64,000 nucleotides of DNA from the NCBI GenBank assembly GCA_965203355.1, contig OZ241889.1:1056001-1120000 (forward strand). The letters are read 5' to 3'. Shown here one piece after another: positions 37,416 to 47,683 of this stretch (positions are counted from its first letter, which is position 1; each line of letters opens with the position of its first letter). The position numbers were made by a program, and so were the translations under genes. The stretch comes from Candidatus Latescibacterota bacterium. Its GTDB lineage: Bacteria; Latescibacterota; UBA2968; UBA8231. Under the pieces are notes generated by a model. That model ran no database searches, was not told where the DNA came from, and saw only the letters and a list, made by a program, of their open reading frames with translations.

Positions 37416-40400
37416 CTAGGCCCGGCGATCGACCAGTGAATACACCGTCGGAATCACTACAAGGGTGAGGAAGGTGGAAGAGACGAGACCGGCGATCACG
37501 GTCAGGGCCATGGGTGTGCGGATCTCGGCCCCCTCGCCCAGCCCCAGGGCCATCGGCAGCAGCCCCAAGACGGTAGTTGCCGTGGTCATGGCGATCGGGC
37601 GCAATCGCACGGCACCGGCTTGAATGATGGCCGCGGTCTTTTCCATGCCGCTGCGGCGCAAGGTGTTGATGTAGTCAATGAGCACGATGGCGTTGTTGAC
37701 GACGATGCCGGCCAGCATGATCAGGCCGATAAAGACCACCACGCTTAGCGCGACCTGCGCCAGATAGAGGGCCACCACCACGCCGATCAGCGCGAGGGGC
37801 ACCGTGAACATAATGACGAAGGGATGCACCAGCGACTCGAATTGGCTGGCCATCACCACATAGACGAGGAAGATCGCCAGCACTAAGGCGAAGTAGAGGC
37901 TCTGCAACGAGGTCTCCATTTCTTCGTTCTGGCCGCTGATCGCAAAGTCGAAGCCCATCGGGAAGTCCATCTTCCCCAGTTCGTCGTGGATCAGGCCCGA
38001 GGCCGTGCCCAGGTCAATGCCTTGGATGTTGGCCGTGATCAAGGCGGCGCGCTGCTGGTCGATGCGGCGGATTTCGCTCGGCCCCTCGTTGACTTGGATA
38101 TCGGCCACCGAGGAAAGCGGAATCGGGACCTCGGCATTGGGATTGATCACCAGCCGTTGCAACTCGTCGAGTCCGAGGCGGTCCTCCTCGCGCAGCCGCA
38201 CCAGCACGTCGATCTGACGCTCGTCTTGGCGGAAGTCGGTGGCGACCTTGCCCTGCACCTTGTGGCGCACCAATTCGGCGACGTTGCGTAGCGACAGGCC
38301 GTAGGCCGCGAGTTGGTCGCGTTTGTAGCTAATCTGTAGCTCGGGGTTGCCCGCCTGTAGCGAGGATTTGACGTCGACCAGCCCGGGCAAGCCAGCCATC
38401 CGCGACTCGGCCTCTAAGCTCAACTGGCGCAACTGGCGCAGATTGTAGCCGCGAATCTCGACCTCGATGGGCGTCTTGAAGCTGAATAGCGCCGGGTGTG
38501 AGACTTCGACTTCGATTTCGGGAATGTCGCTGACTTCGGTGCGCAGATGCTGGATCAACGCGGCCTCCTGCACGGCGCTGGCTCCTTCCGTTAGGCGAAC
38601 CGTTACTTGGGCGGTGTGTTCTCCTTCTTCCGCCGAGGAACTCGCCGACCGGTCGGTGCCCACGGTCGTCGCCACCCGTGCGACTTGGGGCTGTTGGCCG
38701 GCGAGCGCTTCGATTTGGCGCACGATCTCGGCGGTTTCTTCGAGCGGCGTCCCCACCGGCAGTCTGAGGTCGAGGTTGAATTCAGCTTGGTGGACTTGGG
38801 GGATTAGTTCGGTGCCCAAATCGGGCAGGAGCTTGTACCAGCAGACCAGCAAGGCGGCTAAGGCTCCGCCGATAATCAGCAAGCGCCGCCTGAGTGCCCA
38901 GCCCAACAGGGCCGGATAGATCTGCTGCACTAGGCCGAAGCCGCGTTCAAACGCAAAGAGCAGCGGCAAAAAGACGGGCGTCAGCAGGATGCCTAGCAGC
39001 AACAACACCAGCACCAGCACCAGTCCGGCGAGCATCAGCGCCACGTGCAGGACGATGCCCACCAGCCTGAGCACCGTGTCTAAGACAAAGCGGAATGCCG
39101 CCAGATAGACCAGCACCAGCGGCAGCAACAGGCATTTGAGCGTCTTTTGTACGAGAGGCGCGGACTTGTTCACCCAGTGCCAGTAACGCTGCACGAGCGC
39201 GCCGAGGCTGCGCGGCGACTCAAAGCCCAATATCCCCGGCCAGACGCGCTCGAAGAAGGTCCATTTGCCGATGCGGCTTTCTGCGGCCCAAGCTCCGAGC
39301 CAGCGCTGAAAGGTTTGTTCGCGCTTGAGCCAGAAGTGCTCGATGGGTTTGATCAGCCACCACAACAACAGCTCGGCCGCGAGGAGGAAAAGGCCCTTGA
39401 GCACCGCCCCCACGAGGGTTGCTGCGGCCAGCCCGATCCGCAACAGCACCTCGCCGACTAAGTAGGGCAGCGTGAGGGCCACCTGCGCGGCTTTGCGCCA
39501 CCGGCTCACCGATTCGTTGAATACCGCGCGGACTCGGCTTAGTGCTTGGAGGCGCAAAAAGTCGCTGCGACCGATCTGCTCGGCCAGTCGGCCTTGGCGG
39601 TCGATTTGGCGCGAGGCCAGCATGGGAATGAAAAACAGCGCCACCCCCAACGAGGCCAACAGCGAGAATACGACCGTCAGCGCCATGTCGCCGAAGATCT
39701 GCCCGGCGACACCCTCGACGAAGACGATGGGAAAAAACACCGTGATCGTCGTCAGCGTCGAGGCCAACACGGCGGTCCCGACCTCGCGGGTGCCGCGGAC
39801 GGTGGCTTGGACCAAATCGTCGCCCTCCTCCCGACAGCGAAAAATGCTCTCCAGCACCACGATCGAGTTGTCGACCAGCATCCCGATCCCTAGGGCCAGC
39901 CCCCCGAGCGACATGATGTTGAGCGACACGTCGAACATGTACATCGGTGCAAAGGTCGCCATGATCGACACCGGAATCGTCAGGCCGACGATCAGCGTGT
40001 GGACTACGTTGCGCAAGAACACAAAGAGCACGAGCACGGCCATCGCTCCGCCAATGAGCGCATTGATTTGGACTTCTCGGATCGAATTCTCGATAAAACC
40101 CGACTGGTCGGACAAAAGCTCCAGCCTGGCGCCGTGGGGCAGGCGGTGGCCGATGAAATCGGTCATCCGCAAATGCTCCATCGCCTTGCGGGCTTCCTCC
40201 TGCTTTCTCTGCTGCAACTCTTTTTGTTGCTCTTCCCCGTTCTTTTTTGTATCCGCTCCTTCAGTCTCTTGCTCTTTACTTTTCTGCGCCTCGCGGGCCT
40301 TTTGCTCTACGTACGCACGCTGTTGTGGCAAGCCAAAGAGCGCGTTGCGAACCCTTTCGGCGACGGCGACGATATTGGCGTCGGCTTCCTTATAGACCTC

Positions 40401-41255
40401 GATCTCGACGCTCTCGCGGCCATTGACCCGGGTGGCGATCTCGCGGTCCTTGTGCGAGCGGAAGACCTCGGCAATGTCGCGCAGATACACATCGGCGTCG
40501 CCCTGCCGCGCCACGATCAACTCGGCGATCTCCTCGACGGTGGCAAACTCGTTGAGCGTGCGGATCAGGTACTCGACTTGGCCCTCGCGCAAGTTGCCGC
40601 CGGGCAAATTGACGTTGTTTTGCGCTAGGCGGTTGTTTATCTGGTTGATGTCCAAGCCCATCACGGCGATTTGCCGCTCGTTGAGCGCGACGTGGATCTC
40701 TTCTTCCAAGCCGCCCTTGACTTTGACCGCCGCCACCCCGACCAGGGCCTCCAACTCGCGCTTGATGTCGTGCTCGGCGAGGTAGCGCAGTGCGTAGAGG
40801 TCCTGCGGGCCGTGTAGGCCGATGCGGATGATTGGGTCTAGCGAGGGGTCGTAGCGCAGTAGGAGGGGTTTCTCGGCGTCTTGCGGCAGCCAGACGCGGT
40901 CGGCTTTCTCGCGGATTTCTTGGGACATCGCGTTCATGTCGGTGTCCCACTCAAATTCGAGGATGATGTCCGACTGCCCGGCCTTGGAGATGGAACTGAT
41001 GTTGACGAGGTGCGGCACAATGCCCAGTTCCTGCTCCAAGGGGCGGGAGAGCAGGGTCTCGACTTCCTCCGGTGCCGTGCCGGGATATTCGGTGCGCACC
41101 GTCAGGGTCGGGTAGGAAATGTCGGGCATTAGGTTTAGGGAGAGCCGCTGATAGGAGACCCAGCCAAAAACGCAGACAGCCAGCACCACCATGAGAATGG
41201 CGACGGGCCGCCGGGTTGCAATAGCAAAGCGAGATGGGCTAACGGGCTGCTGCAC
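37416..41255 (-). CDS. RND efflux permease subunit with large insertions (AcrB/MdtB-like)
   Basis: RRPVA, GMLVDNSIVVLE, GIVVNNAIVLID, RLRPIAMT; 1279 aa. Confidence 0.9.
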   Translation of the reverse strand: MQQPVSPSRFAIATRRPVAILMVVLAVCVFGWVSYQRLSLNLMPDISYPTLTVRTEYPGTAPEEVETLLSRPLEQELGIVPHLVNISSISKAGQSDIILEFEWDTDMNAMSQEIREKADRVWLPQDAEKPLLLRYDPSLDPIIRIGLHGPQDLYALRYLAEHDIKRELEALVGVAAVKVKGGLEEEIHVALNERQIAVMGLDINQINNRLAQNNVNLPGGNLREGQVEYLIRTLNEFATVEEIAELIVARQGDADVYLRDIAEVFRSHKDREIATRVNGRESVEIEVYKEADANIVAVAERVRNALFGLPQQRAYVEQKAREAQKSKEQETEGADTKKNGEEQQKELQQRKQEEARKAMEHLRMTDFIGHRLPHGARLELLSDQSGFIENSIREVQINALIGGAMAVLVLFVFLRNVVHTLIVGLTIPVSIMATFAPMYMFDVSLNIMSLGGLALGIGMLVDNSIVVLESIFRCREEGDDLVQATVRGTREVGTAVLASTLTTITVFFPIVFVEGVAGQIFGDMALTVVFSLLASLGVALFFIPMLASRQIDRQGRLAEQIGRSDFLRLQALSRVRAVFNESVSRWRKAAQVALTLPYLVGEVLLRIGLAAATLVGAVLKGLFLLAAELLLWWLIKPIEHFWLKREQTFQRWLGAWAAESRIGKWTFFERVWPGILGFESPRSLGALVQRYWHWVNKSAPLVQKTLKCLLLPLVLVYLAAFRFVLDTVLRLVGIVLHVALMLAGLVLVLVLLLLGILLTPVFLPLLFAFERGFGLVQQIYPALLGWALRRRLLIIGGALAALLVCWYKLLPDLGTELIPQVHQAEFNLDLRLPVGTPLEETAEIVRQIEALAGQQPQVARVATTVGTDRSASSSAEEGEHTAQVTVRLTEGASAVQEAALIQHLRTEVSDIPEIEVEVSHPALFSFKTPIEVEIRGYNLRQLRQLSLEAESRMAGLPGLVDVKSSLQAGNPELQISYKRDQLAAYGLSLRNVAELVRHKVQGKVATDFRQDERQIDVLVRLREEDRLGLDELQRLVINPNAEVPIPLSSVADIQVNEGPSEIRRIDQQRAALITANIQGIDLGTASGLIHDELGKMDFPMGFDFAISGQNEEMETSLQSLYFALVLAIFLVYVVMASQFESLVHPFVIMFTVPLALIGVVVALYLAQVALSVVVFIGLIMLAGIVVNNAIVLIDYINTLRRSGMEKTAAIIQAGAVRLRPIAMTTATTVLGLLPMALGLGEGAEIRTPMALTVIAGLVSSTFLTLVVIPTVYSLVDRRA

Positions 41256-41259
41256 GGGC

Positions 41260-42429
41260 CTAGCCTTGGCCCGCGGCGTCGGCTGAGTTGACTACGCGCA
41301 CCCGCGTGCTGTCCTTGAGGCCGTTTTGCCCGACGACGATGATCGGGGTGCCGGAGTCGATGCCGGCGAGCGACTCGATAAAGTCGGCGTCCTCGAACCC
41401 GGGCTGCAACTTGATCCGCGCGGCCATGGTGTCGCGGACGGCGAACACAAACCGGTCGCCGCCGTCGTACACAATCGCCTGCTTGGGTATCAACACGGCG
41501 TCCGGGTGCGTGTCGGTGACGATGCGCACGTTGACGAAGAGGCCGGGCCGCAAGTACTCCCAGCGGTCGCGCAAGCCCACCGTGACCTTGAAGGTGCCGC
41601 TTTTGGGATCGACTACGGGGCTGATGCGCTTGACCGAGCCGTGGAACTTCTCGTCGGGCAAAAATTCCGAGGTGATAAGAGCCTGCTGGCCGTTGCCGAT
41701 GGTGGTGAGGTATTGGCCGGGCGCGAAGACGCGGGCGATCAGGTCGTCGAGCTTGATGAGGTCGTAGAGCTTGCTACTCGGCCCCACCCGCGCGCCGACC
41801 TGCACATAGCGCTCGGTGATCACGCCGGAAAACGGCGCGATGACTTCTGCGTATTCCAGCTCTAGGCGGGTGCGCTCTAGGCGGAGACGGGCTTGTTCAA
41901 AGTTGTATTTGTTGGTCTCAAACTCTTGGTCGCTGATGAGGTTGCGCTCAAACATGGCCTCGGTGCGCTTAAAGGCGGTTTGCTGATAGTGATAGCTAGC
42001 TTGAGCTTCCTCAACGGCGATGCGCAACTGCTTGTCCTCAATGCTGAGGAGGGTGTCGCCCACCTCGACGCGGTCGCCTTCCTCGACGCTGAGCTGTTTG
42101 ACGAGGCCGCTAATTTGGGGGTAAATCTCCACGGCCGCCTCGGTTTCGATGGTCGAGTTGAACAGCAGATGGGCGGAAATCTCGCCCGTGTGTGCGAGGG
42201 CGACTTCGACCGGTATAGCTTCTATGGGCTTGGCGAGGCTGTCGGCGGCCGTACTGTCGGCTTGGGCCGCTGAGTCGTCCGGGCTATTGTTGCCCTCGTC
42301 TCGCCCACCCACTTGCACACTGCAAGCCCCCAAAGTGGCCGCTAACAATAGTACGCCTGCTTTGTGCCATGCGTTCAAAATCGTCTTTCTCCGGGTTTTG
42401 TGGGCTTGTAAATAGCGAAAGTAGTGCAT
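41260..42429 (-). CDS. RND periplasmic adaptor (MFP) lipoprotein
   Basis: Lipobox LGAC, VEEGDRV..GD, IAPFSGVI, ISPVVDPKSGT, LRPGLFV; the true start is probably downstream (about 42378). Confidence 0.88.
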   Translation of the reverse strand: MHYFRYLQAHKTRRKTILNAWHKAGVLLLAATLGACSVQVGGRDEGNNSPDDSAAQADSTAADSLAKPIEAIPVEVALAHTGEISAHLLFNSTIETEAAVEIYPQISGLVKQLSVEEGDRVEVGDTLLSIEDKQLRIAVEEAQASYHYQQTAFKRTEAMFERNLISDQEFETNKYNFEQARLRLERTRLELEYAEVIAPFSGVITERYVQVGARVGPSSKLYDLIKLDDLIARVFAPGQYLTTIGNGQQALITSEFLPDEKFHGSVKRISPVVDPKSGTFKVTVGLRDRWEYLRPGLFVNVRIVTDTHPDAVLIPKQAIVYDGGDRFVFAVRDTMAARIKLQPGFEDADFIESLAGIDSGTPIIVVGQNGLKDSTRVRVVNSADAAGQG

Positions 42430-42487
42430 TACCTTAACAATTATTCAACCTTGCAGAATGGACATTGTCAAATGGAGATGAGATGTC

Positions 42488-42910
42488 GTGAGCTATCAAA
42501 ATGTCAGTCCCACTGAGGCGAAGGAACTACTTGAAGGCGACGCGGGCGCGGCCTATATCGACGTCCGCTCCATCCCCGAATACGAAGGAGGCCATCCGGC
42601 TGGCGCGTTCAACATCCCCATCATGCAACGCCACGCCGCGGGCCTGGTTCCCAACCTCGATTTCGTCCGGGTCGTTCAAGCCAATTTTGCCGCGGATGCC
42701 AAGCTGCTCGTCGGCTGTCAGTCGGGTGTGCGCTCCCTGCGCGCTTGTGAGGCCCTCGTCGCGGCTGGTTTTACGGATGTGGCCAATGTCACCGCTGGTT
42801 TTGGCGGGTCGCGCACCGAGCGCGGCTGGCAGGATCTCGGCTTTCCAGTCGAGTTCGGCGCCAATGACGACAAAGGCTACGCAGCGCTAAGCGGCGATTC
42901 GGGCGCGTGA
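42488..42910 (+). CDS. Rhodanese-like domain protein
   Basis: IDVRSIPEY..GHP.GA.NIP, GCQSGVRS. Confidence 0.88.
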   Translation: MSYQNVSPTEAKELLEGDAGAAYIDVRSIPEYEGGHPAGAFNIPIMQRHAAGLVPNLDFVRVVQANFAADAKLLVGCQSGVRSLRACEALVAAGFTDVANVTAGFGGSRTERGWQDLGFPVEFGANDDKGYAALSGDSGA

Positions 42911-43605
42911 GCGAGTTGCTCAATCCCTATTTCCAGGTGGGGCTCGACGTGATGGATCGGCTCTGCTTGGTCATCGGCGGGGGCCGCGAGGCCGAGGACA
43001 AGGCCGGTCGCTTGCTAGCCGCGGGTGCGCGGTTGGCGGTGGTAAGCCCCAGCGCGACGCCCGCGCTCGTCGAATGGGCTGGGGCTGGCCGCCTTACCTA
43101 TCACCCGCGTTGCTTTGCGGAATCCGATCTCGATGACGTCTTCTTGGTGCTGAACACGGTGCGCGACCGGGCGTTGACGGCGCGGGTGTACGAACTTGCC
43201 ACGGCGCGCAAGGCCCTGATCAACTCCTACGACAACCCAGCCTATTCCAATATTGGCATGGTGGCCTTGGTGCATCCGGGCCACTTGCGGCTGAGCATCT
43301 CCACCTCCAACGCCAGCCCGGCGCTATCTGGCCGCTTGCGACGAGACCTTGAAGAAATTTTCGCCGGGGAATTTGCCGCGTATCTCAATGGCTTGGCCGA
43401 GGTGCGCCAGCGAGTGCGCGCCAAAGTTGGCGACCGGGAGACGCGCTTTGCCCTGCTGCGCTCTTTGGTTAGCGGCTTCCGCTTGGAAGGGACGTTGCGC
43501 TATCCGGCCGACTGGAAGCGGCACGTGGATGCGCTGCTGACGTGTGAGTTGGAGTTTTGTGGGGCGGAGAAGCGGTGTGCGGATTGTCCGTTGGGAAGCG
43601 GATAG
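42907..43605 (+). CDS. Precorrin-2 dehydrogenase / sirohydrochlorin ferrochelatase (CysG-N/SirC/Met8p-like)
   Basis: CLVIGGG.EA..K...LL.AGA....VSP, IN..DNP, ISISTS.ASPAL. Confidence 0.8.
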   Translation: MSELLNPYFQVGLDVMDRLCLVIGGGREAEDKAGRLLAAGARLAVVSPSATPALVEWAGAGRLTYHPRCFAESDLDDVFLVLNTVRDRALTARVYELATARKALINSYDNPAYSNIGMVALVHPGHLRLSISTSNASPALSGRLRRDLEEIFAGEFAAYLNGLAEVRQRVRAKVGDRETRFALLRSLVSGFRLEGTLRYPADWKRHVDALLTCELEFCGAEKRCADCPLGSG

Positions 43606-43622
43606 GGCCGGGCAAAGAACCG

Positions 43623-44261
43623 TTAGCAGAGCCGTTCCACTTCTTCTACCACCTCGCGCACTGATGCTAGTACTTTGTACGCAGGCGAAAAGTCGCCGTG
43701 TTGCGACAGCCCATTCGGCACGACTAGTACGCGCAATCCAGCTTTTGCGGCGGCGGCACATCCCCGCTCAGAATCCTCCACGACAACACAGGTCTCAGGA
43801 GCTAACCCATGCAGTCGCATGGCCGTCAAATACGCATCGGGATGCGGCTTTGCTTCTTTGTAATTTTCCCGCGTGACCACAAAGTCGAAAAACGGGAGCA
43901 GATTCGTCTGGGAGTGAATGATGTCAAAGTGATCTTTCCGCGATCCCGTCACCACGCCCATGAGCATGCGCTCGTGCAATGTCCCGAGCGTTTCCACCAC
44001 CCCATCCAAAACCCGCACATGTGCCCGCAGCAACGCACTGTAGCGCTCATTGCGCTGTAAGCGCAACCGATCGATTAATTCAGCATCTTGGTCGGGCAAT
44101 AGGTCAAATACACTTTGCCCCTTTTGCAACGACTGTTCGACAAAATCCTCCCGCGTCAGTTCGACATTTTGCGTTGCCATGATCTCCCGTCCCGCTTGAA
44201 AGTACAGCCCCTCGGTATCCACCAACACGCCGTCGTTGTCCCACAAAATTGCGCGAATCAC
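43623..44261 (-). CDS. HAD-family phosphatase
   Basis: WDNDGVLVDTE, KPHPDAY, VVVEDSERG. Confidence 0.88.
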   Translation of the reverse strand: MIRAILWDNDGVLVDTEGLYFQAGREIMATQNVELTREDFVEQSLQKGQSVFDLLPDQDAELIDRLRLQRNERYSALLRAHVRVLDGVVETLGTLHERMLMGVVTGSRKDHFDIIHSQTNLLPFFDFVVTRENYKEAKPHPDAYLTAMRLHGLAPETCVVVEDSERGCAAAAKAGLRVLVVPNGLSQHGDFSPAYKVLASVREVVEEVERLC

Positions 44262-44282
44262 AAAAACCTCCTATGCGTCTGT

Positions 44283-44332
44283 TAGTGGCCGGTGGCCAGT
44301 CCACTCTCCGATCACTGACCACTGACCACCCT
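44283..44332. repeat. Short copy of the CAGTGGT/ACCACTG heptamer element
   Basis: TAGTGGCCGGTGGCCAGTCCAC...ATCACTGACCACTGACCACCCT. Confidence 0.75.
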
Positions 44333-46390
44333 AGCGCAAGACCGCGATTTTGTCTCTTGCGAGTAGCGTGCCTGCGGGAGAGTGGATCGTGTAGATATAG
44401 ACGCCGTTGCCGACCGGTATATTGGTGTGGTTGACCCCGAGCCAGAGCACCTCGTTGGCCGTGGTTCCCAAACGCCGCTGCGCGTCGTCGTCTTCAATGG
44501 CTTCCCACACTAAATCGCCGGCCGGGCCAAAGACCTGCACCGAGGATTTGGCCGGTACGCCGCTGAAGCGGAGCACACTGCCGTTGCCGATGCGGAAGGG
44601 ATTGGGAAAGACCGCGATCTTTGATTGCGGCACTAGACGCAGGTGCTGGAAGACGCGGTTGTCCGTCTCGCTGGCCTCGTCAATTTGCCTTTCTGTATCG
44701 ACTTCAATCAGAAAGACCATCTCGCCAAATCGCTGCCAAGGAATGCGCAATTCCGCGTTCCCCCCCGCAGCCAATCCCTCTGGGGCCTGTTGCCGGTATA
44801 TGACCTCGCACCGGCTGGAGTCCAGCGCGCATTGCGAAACCTGCACTGAGAAGCGGCTGGAGACCGCGCCCAGCCCGATGTTGTTGACGCGGACGCGGAG
44901 ATCGTCGTCGCGTCCGCCGCGCAAGTCGCCGGTGAAGACCGCCAAGTTCGGCGTACCTTCTCCCAACCCGTACTCGGCCAATGTCGCCACGGCTAGCTGC
45001 GTGGTGCGGCGCACGAGCGCCCAGTTGAGGCTGTCGGGCAAGTCAGCGACCGAGTGGTAGTGCGAGTTGATGCGGTAGCGGCCTTCGCGGACTCCGTACG
45101 TCGTCGAGTCTGTGGGCAGGTAGTTTTCAATGCCGAGGATCGCGTCGTAGCCTCGCGCCCAGAACGGCGCGTGATCGCTGAGACGCGCCCGGCCGTCTTC
45201 GAGCAAGTCGATGTTGAGTTCGATTTCGTAGCGCTCGGCGACGGACGCCATGTGCTCAGCCAACCAGCGCGAGCTTTGATTTGTCACCAGCTCTAGCCGC
45301 TGTTGCAAGTCGTTGAAGCCGATCATGTCGAAGTTGAGGACGCCGAGGATAGGGTCGGCGCGGTCCGCGGCTAAAGCGGCGTACGCTTGGCTGCCCAGCA
45401 GTCCCAGTTCTTCGCCCGACCAAGCGATAAACAGAATGGACCAGGGAAAACGCTGCCCGGCTAGCAACTTCGCGCTCTCCAGCACCAAGGCCACGCCGCT
45501 GGCATTGTCGTCGGCTCCAGGTGCGGGGTCGCGTTGCCAGTCCCAACCAGCCGAGCGCACCCCTGTGGCGTCGTAGTGAGCGCAGACGATGTAGTACCCG
45601 GCCTCCGGGTCGGTGCCTGCCAGCGTACCGATGACATTGTACGCGGTGGTGTCGCTTGGTACATGTCCTAAGTTGCCTCCCCGAGCGGTGTGGGAAGTGA
45701 CGCGCCGCGAGTCAATGGGGAAGGAGTGTAGTTTGACTGCGCGGTCGCCGAGGGCTGCGGCCAGTTGCGAGCGGATGTACTCGGTTGACTCGAGTATCTC
45801 TGGATGCACGGCAAAGCGGCTGCGACTGTTGCCGGGGACGCTGCCCAAGGTCGGATCTTTTAGGGCGAGGGCTTCGACGTGGGCTTGCAGGCGCGTAGCC
45901 GCAACTTGCTCGATGAGGGTGGCTACCGCTGGCGATGCTGTTTGTAGGATCTTGGGCGCGCGCCGCGGTGCCGCCAGCCAGCCACTCAGACTATAGCTGT
46001 CGGGCAGCGGCCAGAGGAAATGGGGCCCCTCGTGCAAGCGGGCGTTCGGCCCCACCCGCAAGAGCACCCATTCGCCCCCCCCGGCAAAGACCAGTTCAAT
46101 GCCTTGGGGCAGGGGCCGATCGAGGTGATCGGCGACAAAATAGCGATCCCCTGGGCGCGGCCTGTCGAGGCAGAAGATGGCGAATCCCCGCTTGGTGAAC
46201 TCCTCGATTGCGCTTGCGTTGGCCTCGACAAAAGCTATATCCTGCGCTACGTAGCGCACCTGCTCACTTAGCGCGGCGATCGCGGTTAGTTCGCTAGGAG
46301 CCTTCCAAGACACGCCGACCAAGGATGGGTTGGCCAAGGCCGCGCTAATAAAAAAAAGAGAGGCAAACAACGCCCCTTTAACTGTGTTCA
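44331..46390 (-). CDS. Secreted M28 family peptidase with CARDB-like and C-terminal sorting (FPNPF/FlgD-like) domains
   Basis: Signal peptide, CAHYD, GADDNASG, SGEELGLLGS, NFDMIG, SDHAPFW, YHSVAD, VFPNPF...GNGVYIY. Confidence 0.88.
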
Positions 46391-46460
46391 TGGCTAGCTT
46401 ACTTGTTGAGAAACAAAACGTTAGCGAACCTACTTTGCGCGTTAGCACCTGTCAAGCTCA

Positions 46461-46789
46461 AGGATAGTGGTCAGTGGCCGGTGGCCAGTGGCCAGTCCAC
46501 GCACCGCCCCCTGATAGTGGTCAGTGGCCGGTGACCAGTGGCCAGTCCCGCCCCGGCCCCTGATAGGGCGGGGAAACTGATCACTGATCGCTGACCACTG
46601 ATCACTAACCACTGACTACTGATCACTGATCGCTGACCACTGATCACTAACCACTGACTACTGATCACTGATCGCTGACCACTGATCACTAACCACTGAC
46701 CACTAACCACTGACCACTGACCACTGATCACTAACCACTGACCACTGACCACTGACCACTGACCACTGACCACTGACCACTGACCACCC
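46461..46789. repeat. Heptanucleotide tandem/inverted repeat array (CAGTGGY arms plus about 30 x ACCACTG variants)
   Basis: Two approximately 50-bp AGTGGYC units, then about 214 bp of ACCACTG/ATCACTG/ACCACTA; the arms are reverse complements. Confidence 0.92.
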
Positions 46790-47638
46790 TTGTCGCAACT
46801 GAGCGCGTTTTTCCTGCTACCTCGGCCACTCAACGGCTTAATCACCGCCCTGTCGGTCGGCATTGGTGCTTTGACCGCCGATCAGACCCCCGCTTGGTCT
46901 GCCCTTGTGCTCGCCGCCTTTTCCGCCGCGTTGATAAACGGTGCTGGCAATGCCTTCAACGACTTGATGGACATCGACGTTGACCGCATCAACCGCCCAC
47001 AGCGCCCTTTGCCCTCCGGTCGTCTCAGCCCGAATGCGGCTCGAATGGAAGGTTTGCTTCTCGCCCTAGCTGGCTGTGCGCTCGGGTGCTGGCTCAGCCC
47101 TTGGCACGGGTTGCTCGCCCTAGTCGTCGTCGCCTTGCTCGCCGTCTATAGCATGTCCTTAAAAAACAGCCTGCTGTGGGGCAATGGGCTCGTTGCCGTT
47201 ATCGGGGCTGTTGCCTTTCCCTATGGTGCCTTAGCGGCTGGTGACATAGGGCGCTCGTGGATTCCGGCGCTCTTTGCCTTTCTCTTTCACGTGGGGCGCG
47301 AAATCGTCAAGGACATTGAGGACGTGGCCGGCGATCAAATCCGCGGCGCGCGCACCTTGCCCCTGTGTTGGGGGCGGCCCCAAGCCGGGATGCTGGCGGC
47401 CCTCGTTTATTTGGTTTTGGTCGGTTTTACTTGGATGCCGTTTTTCATGGGCTTCTACGGCGTGCTCTACGCGCTCGCCTTGCTGCCGGTCCATGCCTTG
47501 GTTGGCTACGTCCTCTGGCAATTGTATCGCCAACGCGCTGTGCTGACCGACGACCGCCTCGGTCGCTTGCTCAAAGTCGGCATGTTCTTGGGGCTTGTGG
47601 CCGTTGTCGTCGGCGAGGTCGTCTTTGCTATGGGTTAG
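46790..47638 (+). CDS. UbiA prenyltransferase (DGGGP-synthase-like)
   Basis: RPLNG, NAFNDLMDIDVDRINRPQRPLPSG, REIVKDIEDVAGD. Confidence 0.85.
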   Translation: MSQLSAFFLLPRPLNGLITALSVGIGALTADQTPAWSALVLAAFSAALINGAGNAFNDLMDIDVDRINRPQRPLPSGRLSPNAARMEGLLLALAGCALGCWLSPWHGLLALVVVALLAVYSMSLKNSLLWGNGLVAVIGAVAFPYGALAAGDIGRSWIPALFAFLFHVGREIVKDIEDVAGDQIRGARTLPLCWGRPQAGMLAALVYLVLVGFTWMPFFMGFYGVLYALALLPVHALVGYVLWQLYRQRAVLTDDRLGRLLKVGMFLGLVAVVVGEVVFAMG

Positions 47639-47683
47639 TCGCGGCCTGATATTATGGAGCTAGTATAAGGAGCTGGTGCGTTT

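Noticed and set aside
46461-46789. Possible CRISPR array, or the 130-aa SGQWSVV-repeat ORF (46471..46863)
   Set aside because: The units are 7-bp tandem repeats with no unique spacers and no cas genes; the ORF is simply the translation of the repeat.
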